DNA of 63,955 bases, counting the filler, from Candidatus Coatesbacteria bacterium (GTDB taxonomy: Bacteria > JAFGND01): NCBI GenBank assembly GCA_016927185.1. It is 5 parts of 5 records of this genome, joined end to end, with 100 filler letters (N's around TTAATTAATTAA, not from the genome) between each part and the next. Parts side by side here need not be neighbours in the genome. Positions count along the whole stretch, not along the records: positions 47,914 to 58,011 come from JAFGND010000088.1; positions 58,112 to 62,117 come from JAFGND010000095.1; positions 62,218 to 63,955 come from JAFGND010000055.1; 2 more parts are not named here. The stretch is one strand, 5' to 3'. Positions 56,763 through 63,955 of the stretch are shown one piece after another. The notes under the pieces were generated by a model. It made no database searches. It had not been told where the DNA came from and saw only the letters and a program-made list of their open reading frames with translations. The stretch's first letter is position 1; each line of letters starts with the position of its first letter. Made by a program: the position numbers and the translations under genes.

Positions 56763-57662
56763 AAAAGAAAACCCTCATCCAAATTTACAAATGATATTAA
56801 TGAAGGTAAATATTATTTGACCTATTAAATGGATGAGGATTATTATTAACAGACGCAAGCATAAGAATAATATAAGCATTTGAATGTCAAGAAAAAAAGC
56901 AGCTCTCAGAGGAGTTCCTCTTTGAGCTGCTTAGTAATAACAAAAATGAGGTCTTTAAACCTTGTGCTCTATAATAATAATAAAAAACTTTCTGTCAAGT
57001 CGAAAGCGCTCCGATATGAATTATCGGAATACTAAAAGAAGCAATAAAATGAAACCTTAGTCAGAGCTGTTAAAAAAATTAATATTACCGAGTCAAGAGA
57101 AAAGCACCTCAAAAGGGATATCCGTTTGAGGTGCTGAAGATCAATATTTGAGGTTTGAAAAACCTAGTAAACATCTATATTTTTTAAACAGTTTCTGTCA
57201 AGAAAAAAGCACTCCGATTTGAATAATCGGAGTACTAAAAGAAGCAATAAGATGAAACCTTAGACAGAGCTGTTAAAAAAATTAATATTGCGTTAAGAAA
57301 AAAAAGCACCATGCCATTTTTAAAGCATGGTGCTGGAGTATGATATGAAAACAACAAAGCAATATATCGCCTTGATGTAACAAAAACAAGGATATATAGA
57401 TAATAGAATTAGTCAAGAAAAATGCACCAAAGTTTTTCAAAAAGCTTTGGTGCGTAGAGAGAAAAAGAAATTAGTAAAATCAAATTCAGGAGAGAATTTA
57501 ATTTCAGGGAAAAGATATAAATGCTTGCAAAATAGGTCAAGGAATAAATAAAACTTCACCAGATTAATCTGGTGAAGTAGTTGTTCAAAAAAAAGTCAAC
57601 AAACAAGTCTTGTGATTGCTTGTTGCTGCCATGCAAGATAATATATGAGGAAATCTTGTCAA
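56763..57662 (-). ncRNA. Tandem array of eight putative promoter-small RNA-terminator cassettes
   Basis: -35-like boxes (minus strand TTGAC) start at 56885, 56993, 57091, 57196, 57291 (degenerate), 57411, 57535 and 57657. Each unit ends in a GC-rich hairpin plus U-tract abutting the next -35. No substantial ORFs. Confidence 0.7.
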
Positions 57663-57715
57663 GAGGAAAGGGAGAGAAGGAAAAAATCCAAGATAGTATT
57701 AATAAAAACCTTAAA

Positions 57716-58011
57716 TTAAAAACTTATCTCCTTAGTATATTCTATAACATTGAAATCTTCAAACATGCAAGCTTGATTTAATAAGTGGCTTATTAAAACA
57801 TAGAAAAATAATAAAGGTTTAGTAGTCAAACTTGCTATAGAAATAGATCCTTGACTCGGTAAAGCTGAAAAATTCCCTAGCTGATCTTTATTTATTATTA
57901 CTCCCTTTCTTAATATACAAATAGAATCTATTCTTTTATCAACTTCATCATTTGACTGCAATTCAATCAAGTTTTTATTGACCACATCTGGAGCATCTGA
58001 ATCAAATGCAA
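57716..58011 (-). CDS. 3' part of a hypothetical protein (DUF6602-like), truncated by contig end
   Basis: Frame open to the gap: AFDSDAPDVVNKNL...IDSICILRKG. Confidence 0.55.
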
Positions 58012-58111
58012 NNNNNNNNNNNNNNNNNNNNNNNNNNNNNNNNNNNNNNNNNNNNTTAATTAATTAANNNNNNNNNNNNNNNNNNNNNNNNNNNNNNNNN
58101 NNNNNNNNNNN
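58012..58111. other. Artificial contig linker
   Basis: N-run with TTAATTAATTAA. Confidence 0.98.
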
Positions 58112-58384
58112 AAAGGATGTCAATTGATTCATAATGAATACAGACATCCTATGTACTTCCAAATCAGCGGGACCGCTGAATCATGTGCCCAGAACAAGGG
58201 GGGAATTAATACTTCGCAAATCTTTATTATTATATGCAAATATAAATACTAACACAGATATACAAGCTTTTAAACAGAATATTGTGAAAAAAGAAAGTAA
58301 AAGAAAGTAATAAATTGTTTTAGTTATTTCTTAGTTAGCTAAATCATTTCTATCTTTACATAGGATATTTAATGAACTAAGAAA

Positions 58385-59749
58385 ATGAAACAAGCCAAAT
58401 TCAAGGCTTTACTTTTTCCAAAGCCTTACTCCAATGGATTATATCCTATTTATATAAGGATATATCAAAACAGAAAATCTAACTATATATCTATGGGGCA
58501 TTCTATCCCGCAGGGGGCTTGGAATCCTGATAAGAATGAAGTATGGGAATCAAAGCCCAGCCTTACAGAAAAACTGAAGCAATCCTTATCAAAAGAAGAA
58601 ATAAAAGCATTCAGACAAAAACAAGCTTCTATCATTCTCATCACAAATGCTATAAAGATTAATTCAGATATTAGGGTTAAAATAGCAGAACTTGAAAGCC
58701 TTCAAAATAAATTGTCAGTAAATCAGGAAGCTATTACTTCTGGGATATTAAAGAACAAGGCAGACAGGAAAGATATTGCTGAAAAATCAAGGAAGGATTT
58801 TCTTCTTTATATTGAAGAAGTAGCTAAAAGGAAATATGAAAAGAAACAGATAAGAACTTCAGAGAAATATTCAGCTTTGCTTAGAAAACTGAAAGCATTT
58901 AGGAAGGATAAGCCCCTGCCCCTTGAAGAATTAACAACAAGCTTCCTGAATGATTATCAGTTGTATCTTCAGAAAGAAGGAAGCCATCAAAACTATATTA
59001 ATGTAAATCTAAGTGTCTTAAGAACAATCATTCAGAAGGATGCAATCAAGGAAGACAAAATATTATCACCTGAAAAAAATCCTTTTATTTGGTTTACAAT
59101 GCCAAAGATTCTTCCTACTCATAAAGAAAAACTTGATATTAATGAACTACAAAAAATTGAAGGTTTACAGCTTGAAAAGAATCAATCACTATATCATGTT
59201 AGAAATGCTTTCATCTTCAGCCTTTATAATGCCGGGATAAGAATAGGGGATTTACTCCAACTGAAATGGTGCAATATTAAGGAAGATGGAAGGCTGGAAT
59301 ATTATATGGGCAAAACAGGAAGTGAAAGAAGTATAAAGCTTCTTCCCCAATCTATGAAGATTCTTAAGCTTTATGAATCAGACAAAGAAAAAGATGCAGA
59401 TTATATCTTCCCCTTCCTTGACAACAAAGCCCCGTATTCTAAACTGATAAGTCCAGAAGATTTTCAGAAGGCTTCCCCAGAACTTCTGGTATTATTATAT
59501 AATAAAATTGAAAGCCAAGCAACGATGTATAATCTGGCTTTAAAAACCATTGCAAAAGAAGCAAAAATCAAGAAGAAGATTTCTTCTCATATTGCTAGGC
59601 ATTCATTTGCTGATATTGCCAGGAAGAAAGTATCAGTTTATGACATTCAAAAGATGCTGGGTCATACATCGATGAAAACAACTGAAGCTTACCTTAAATC
59701 TCTTGATAATGATGCAATGGATAAGGCAATGGAAGAAGTATTCAAATAA
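58385..59749 (+). CDS. int: Site-specific tyrosine integrase (arm-binding + SAM-like + catalytic domains)
   Basis: G.YPIYIRI N-terminal arm domain; AGIRIGD (R), KT, SHIARHSFA (H..R), LGH, T..Y. Confidence 0.95.
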   Translation: MKQAKFKALLFPKPYSNGLYPIYIRIYQNRKSNYISMGHSIPQGAWNPDKNEVWESKPSLTEKLKQSLSKEEIKAFRQKQASIILITNAIKINSDIRVKIAELESLQNKLSVNQEAITSGILKNKADRKDIAEKSRKDFLLYIEEVAKRKYEKKQIRTSEKYSALLRKLKAFRKDKPLPLEELTTSFLNDYQLYLQKEGSHQNYINVNLSVLRTIIQKDAIKEDKILSPEKNPFIWFTMPKILPTHKEKLDINELQKIEGLQLEKNQSLYHVRNAFIFSLYNAGIRIGDLLQLKWCNIKEDGRLEYYMGKTGSERSIKLLPQSMKILKLYESDKEKDADYIFPFLDNKAPYSKLISPEDFQKASPELLVLLYNKIESQATMYNLALKTIAKEAKIKKKISSHIARHSFADIARKKVSVYDIQKMLGHTSMKTTEAYLKSLDNDAMDKAMEEVFK

Positions 59750-59758
59750 TCCCCTCGT

Positions 59759-60586
59759 GTGATGAAAATGAACTTACAAATACCAGATTTTGATAAGATA
59801 TATTCTGCTTGTAGCGTAAATATTGTTAATGCAACTGATCCTGAAGCACATAAAGTCTTTTTGGAGTATTATAACACAATGTGGGACGAATTAATTAAAA
59901 GCGAAATTCCTAATGAGATTGATACAAAATTTAGATTGCTTATTGAAGAATATTCACTTGAAAAACATTATAGCAATTTATTCTTCCTTGCATTTACATT
60001 TATTAAAGATTTCACATCATTTAGAGGATGGCAGGGATACACTTTACTATTCCCTGAAAGGAATAGGGAACTTCTCTATGCATTGAAATTTTATTTTGAT
60101 AACAATCTGAAAGATATTAAAGTTGTAATAAAGCATAAGATTAAAAACCAATCAACTACTATTAATAACCTACTATTGATTCAAGTAATTAAGGATGCAC
60201 TTCTTAGTGAATTAAAGGAAAAGAATCTTTATGATGCCTACGGCCGATCGAAAGAACCAAAACATGAGATAACTGATTGGATAAAATATATTAATACAAT
60301 CATTGCCGAAAAAAAAGTATCTGGATTACAAAAAGGTAGGAAAAAGAGACACGATACCCCTAGAGCTGAAATTGATGTATTACAGGTTTATCTTCAGGAA
60401 TTTACTAATTTAAAAGCAGAACCTGGTAAACCTATATCAAGAAAGCAGGCTTCCTTTATTTATAAATTACTCGATCAATTTGGTTTCTTTCCTGAAGACT
60501 ACTCTTGGAAAGAAGATAGTATCAGACATATGCTTATTGAAAGAAGAAGTTCAAATAAGAAATTTCTTGAATGGTATGATGAGTGA
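59759..60586 (+). CDS. Hypothetical protein
   Basis: 275-aa ORF directly after the integrase. Confidence 0.7.
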   Translation: MMKMNLQIPDFDKIYSACSVNIVNATDPEAHKVFLEYYNTMWDELIKSEIPNEIDTKFRLLIEEYSLEKHYSNLFFLAFTFIKDFTSFRGWQGYTLLFPERNRELLYALKFYFDNNLKDIKVVIKHKIKNQSTTINNLLLIQVIKDALLSELKEKNLYDAYGRSKEPKHEITDWIKYINTIIAEKKVSGLQKGRKKRHDTPRAEIDVLQVYLQEFTNLKAEPGKPISRKQASFIYKLLDQFGFFPEDYSWKEDSIRHMLIERRSSNKKFLEWYDE

Positions 60587-60733
60587 AACACCAACATTAA
60601 ACATTATATTACAGGAAATCAATAAGAAATAATTACCCCCTAAATAGCCTATTTCTTTCTTACTTAAATTATTGATTTACAGATTGATTGATCATACCTT
60701 TGCTGGGTCTAAATTAATAAAAATCTGTAAATA

Positions 60734-61015
60734 ATGGAAGTTACTATTATTCCAACTCAACAATTTGAATCTATCCATGCTGATCTGAAAGAAATCAAAT
60801 CACTACTTCAAGAAAACAATAAAAAGGTCGATTTGAACAAATGGCTTACCAAAAAAGAAGCCAGACTAAAACTTAAAGTCTGCATGAAGACTCTTGATAA
60901 CTATTTGGCAAAAGGCATAATGCCTTATTCCAGATTTGGAGGGAAGATATATGTAAAATCTTCTGATATAGAAGCTCATCTTGAAAGAAATTACATTTCA
61001 AAACTTGAGAGATGA
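60734..61015 (+). CDS. Excisionase-like helix-turn-helix protein
   Basis: WLT.KEA...LKVC.KTL.NY...G..PYSR.GGKIY.K.SDI. Confidence 0.88.
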   Translation: MEVTIIPTQQFESIHADLKEIKSLLQENNKKVDLNKWLTKKEARLKLKVCMKTLDNYLAKGIMPYSRFGGKIYVKSSDIEAHLERNYISKLER

Positions 61016-61407
61016 ATCCAGAAGATTGTAAACGATTTGAATCATGTAACGCAAATCTCTGTCCTTTGGAAGAAAGTATCCTGAAAAAAGGTAATTGGTT
61101 CAGTGATGAAGAAATTTGCTCTTCACTTGATTTCAGCAGTGAACCCTGGATAAAAAATCAAAAGCGAATAGCCAAAAAGTCTAATGAAACTGATACCTGT
61201 TATACTTATCGCATGCTGAAACGGAATTGTGTCATTCGCAAAGGTATCACTGGAATTGGTGCTGATTTAACTATTGATGAAATTGAGAATGCTGAAGAAA
61301 AGTGGCTCAAGGAACATCCTGCAATTTCTAATGAAAGGCGAGAAGAATTATCTCAAAAGATGAAGAAAGTAAGAAAGTCTTATTGCGATGGGGATAAGTC
61401 AATTTAA
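61012..61407 (+). CDS. Hypothetical protein (Cys-rich N-terminus)
   Basis: ATGA overlap with the upstream gene; C.RF..C.A.LCPL. Confidence 0.7.
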   Translation: MNPEDCKRFESCNANLCPLEESILKKGNWFSDEEICSSLDFSSEPWIKNQKRIAKKSNETDTCYTYRMLKRNCVIRKGITGIGADLTIDEIENAEEKWLKEHPAISNERREELSQKMKKVRKSYCDGDKSI

Positions 61408-61573
61408 AAACAGGTTATCTATTGGATTTTTTGATGAAAAATAGGTCTATCTATTGGGAAATTAGAGGTAACCTACCCTTGGGAATACCTAAGTGCCACT
61501 CAGGACATATATCGTTAATACTACCCATAGAAAGCAATAATAACTCTAAAATATACAACTAACAGAATTTATT

Positions 61574-61876
61574 ATGGAAAACTTTAACAAACCAGAATCA
61601 ATCTTTAATGATCCACAAAAACTTAGGAAAATAATGAGATACATGTCAATATTTAAAATTGAAGTTGACTTAAATACTCATTGGGGTGGATATCTCTTTT
61701 TAGGAGAGAAGGTAGTCACACCACACAGGATTTTACTAAAGCTATCAAAAGATAATCCTGACTTGACTTTTAAAGCATCATATGAGCATCAATACTATGA
61801 ATTTTCAACAACGTATATAGTAAAATATAAGAATGGTCAGGTAAAGGATTATGATATTGAAGAATGGCCTTTTTGA
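61574..61876 (+). CDS. Hypothetical protein
   Basis: 100-aa ORF co-oriented in the element. Confidence 0.55.
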   Translation: MENFNKPESIFNDPQKLRKIMRYMSIFKIEVDLNTHWGGYLFLGEKVVTPHRILLKLSKDNPDLTFKASYEHQYYEFSTTYIVKYKNGQVKDYDIEEWPF

Positions 61877-61902
61877 AAAATCATAATTAAAAGAAGATCG
61901 TT

Positions 61903-62094
61903 ATGGCAGCAGCATTTAGCATAATCAAAAAAAGTGAAAAAATCTTATTGTGGCTCTACCGTGAGGACAAGACTATGACTTGGCTTGCTCAAGAACTTGG
62001 ACAGACAAAGCAATCAATCTCTCATAAGATTAAAACCAACACATTTTCAGATTGGGATTTAAGGAGGATCGAACAACTTGGATGTCCTCTGTAA
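61903..62094 (+). CDS. Small Cro/XRE-like HTH protein
   Basis: T..WLA.ELG.TKQ.IS..I. Confidence 0.65.
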   Translation: MAAAFSIIKKSEKILLWLYREDKTMTWLAQELGQTKQSISHKIKTNTFSDWDLRRIEQLGCPL

Positions 62095-62117
62095 TTTTTT
62101 TATCCAATTTTTAAAAA

Positions 62118-62217
62118 NNNNNNNNNNNNNNNNNNNNNNNNNNNNNNNNNNNNNNNNNNNNTTAATTAATTAANNNNNNNNNNNNNNNNNNNNNNNNNNN
62201 NNNNNNNNNNNNNNNNN
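62118..62217. other. Artificial contig linker
   Basis: N-run with TTAATTAATTAA. Confidence 0.98.
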
Positions 62218-63110
62218 GCAAAAAAGGATCTTGCTATTGTATCACAGAATATAAGCAATATACCTCCAGCAAATACTGATGCGGGTAAGAGAAGCCTATG
62301 ATCAGCCCCAAGACTTCTTCTTATGACATGAGGTATTATCAGACCTACAAAGCCAATAGGACCTGATACTGAAACGCAGGTTGAAATAAGAATAGAAACC
62401 ATTATCAGAAGGTTTCTTTGAGTAGACTTTACATTCACTCCTCTTGTTGCAGCAAAATCACTTCCAAATGAAAGCAAATTCAGCGCACCTGCTTTATATT
62501 GCAAATATGGATATACTACGAGGAATGCAGGGATTACTATCAAGACATATCTGTATCCAACAGTATCAAGATTCCCCATAGTCCAATATATCATTTGCTG
62601 GGTTTCTCCATAAGATGATATATAATAAATAAATAGAATAGCAGCACTTGCAAGGTATCCTAGAGTAACACCTGCAAGAAGAAGGTTTTCAGGGACAAAT
62701 CCATGCTTATTCTTCATTATAAAATAAAGAAGGAAAAGAAACAGTAATCCACCGGTTAATGCAAAAATTACAGTCATTGGAACAGAACCGGTTAATCCCT
62801 CCAGTCCGAGATGAATAGCTATGACTACGGCAAGAGAAGAACCAGAAGAAGCTCCCAAAGTATATGGAGTTGCAAGTGAATTCCTGAAAAGTGATTGAAA
62901 TACAGCACCTCCCAAAGAAAGAGAAGCTCCTACCAAAAAAGCTAGTAGTACTCTTGGAAGTCTTATCTTGAAAAAAACAATACCTTCTTGCGATTGAGGA
63001 TTTTTCAAAGCATTTATTATATCTATTTTTGTTGGGCCTATATATGGAGATATGCCTAATAAGATTAAACATAGCAAAACCAGTAAAAAAAGAATTACTA
63101 TTTTTCTCAT
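62218..63110 (-). CDS. FecCD/BtuC family ABC transporter permease (3'-truncated)
   Basis: IRLPR..LA.LVG..L...G..FQ..FRN.LA.P..LG.S.G, G.IGFVGLI.PH..R. Confidence 0.93.
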
Positions 63111-63111
63111 A

Positions 63112-63885
63112 TCAGTCTATTTTTGGAATGATTATTGGTTTAGAAGAAATAGGGTGTGATTCTATAAGAAATATATCTCCGAAGATAGGCTTCAAGTTTT
63201 CATCTGTCAAGACATTTTCTACCGGACCACTTGCAACTATTTTCTTGTTATTTATTAGTAACAGGTTATCACAAAATAAGGAAGCAAGAGAGAAATCATG
63301 TGTTACAATAATCGCTGTGGTACCTTTTTCTGAGAGGCTTTTCTTCAGTATTTTTAAAAAATCAATTTGATAATGAAGATCAAGCCCTGTTGTAGGTTCA
63401 TCAAGAAATAATAGCTCAGTATCTTGGGCCAATGCTGAAGCAAGAAGTACTCTTTCCTGCTCACCTCCACTTAAGTCATGAAATGATCTTTCAAGGAGGT
63501 TTTGAAGAGAAAGCATTTCTATAACATTATCAAGGATTTCCCTTGAAACAGCGTTGTCTATTCCAAGAAAATTCCTGTAAATCTCTCTTCCCATACCTAT
63601 TACTTCCTTAACTGAATAAGGAAAGACTGAAGTCAGGTTCTGGGGTATATAAGAAACTATTTTTGACAGGGAATAGTTATTATAGGTTTTTATAGATTTA
63701 TCCTTTATGTAAATATTTCCCTTTTCCATAGGTAATAATTTCAATAGAAGCTTTAAAAGAGTTGATTTCCCGCTGCCATTGGGTCCGATTATACCTGTCA
63801 AGCTGGTTCTCCGAACCTCGAAAGAGATATCTTCTATTATATAGTTATCCTGATACTTGAAATAAATATTTTCAGCCTTAATCAA
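63112..63885 (-). CDS. FecE/BtuD family ABC transporter ATP-binding protein
   Basis: GPNGSGKST, LSGGE..R..LA.ALAQ, LDEPT..LD, THD. Confidence 0.93.
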   Translation of the reverse strand: MIKAENIYFKYQDNYIIEDISFEVRRTSLTGIIGPNGSGKSTLLKLLLKLLPMEKGNIYIKDKSIKTYNNYSLSKIVSYIPQNLTSVFPYSVKEVIGMGREIYRNFLGIDNAVSREILDNVIEMLSLQNLLERSFHDLSGGEQERVLLASALAQDTELLFLDEPTTGLDLHYQIDFLKILKKSLSEKGTTAIIVTHDFSLASLFCDNLLLINNKKIVASGPVENVLTDENLKPIFGDIFLIESHPISSKPIIIPKID

Positions 63886-63955
63886 AAAAAACCCTCTACA
63901 AGAGAGGGTTTTATAGAGTTATATTTTGTCAAGTATTAGTGATGAAGAATTCTGC

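Larger units (their letters stand above)
58185..62117 (+). mobile_element. Integrative element fragment (Bacteroidota-type integrase, excisionase, accessory genes)
   Basis: Tyrosine integrase, excisionase-like HTH gene, small HTH gene; putative att core upstream. Confidence 0.75.

Noticed and set aside
57038-57055. 15/18 match between an array unit (GAAGCAATAAAATGAAAC) and the integrase start region (58374-58391)
   Set aside because: A-rich sequence around ATGAAA makes this likely by chance, and the integrase is on a different contig of possibly different origin
57345-57380. Plus-strand micro-ORFs (MKTTKQYIALM; MKP at 57049 and 57252; ORF 57581-57781) as type I toxins or real genes
   Set aside because: Too short or non-hydrophobic, and promoter and terminator polarity point to the minus strand
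56763-57662. CRISPR array interpretation of the periodic region
   Set aside because: No identical 23-50 bp direct repeats, unit length 95-124 bp, each unit has its own promoter and terminator signals, and no cas genes are in the window

Overview
AT-rich bacterial sequence made of five separate contigs joined by 100-bp N...TTAATTAATTAA...N linkers (20837-20936, 47814-47913, 58012-58111, 62118-62217), so neighbourhoods across these linkers are artificial. Contigs 1, 2 and 5 hold host genes: HU, tsaD, a pilMNOPQ operon with two extra lipoproteins, mlaE, an orphan MTase, rpmH-recX-radical SAM, cinA, a complete V/A-type ATPase operon, an ECF sigma/anti-sigma pair, a PorU-like C25 peptidase, an O-antigen ligase, an iron/B12-type ABC transporter and several PQQ-repeat beta-propeller proteins with T9SS-like C-terminal domains. 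Contig 3 is a defence/mobile island: HK97-gp10-like gene, type III R-M with an intervening GIY-YIG gene, and an Mrr-like nuclease. Contig 4 is a Bacteroidota-style integrative element. The best candidate for an undescribed system is a non-coding tandem array at about 56763-57662 in the defence island. It has eight back-to-back 95-124 bp units, each reading on the minus strand as TTGAC promoter, a 60-95 nt structured RNA and an intrinsic terminator. Compensatory stem changes occur between paralogous units, and several variable segments are antisense to RBS/start-codon-like sequence. A detached copy plus a truncated unit lies at 53932-54066. All product calls come from recognising motifs by eye; no database searches were run.
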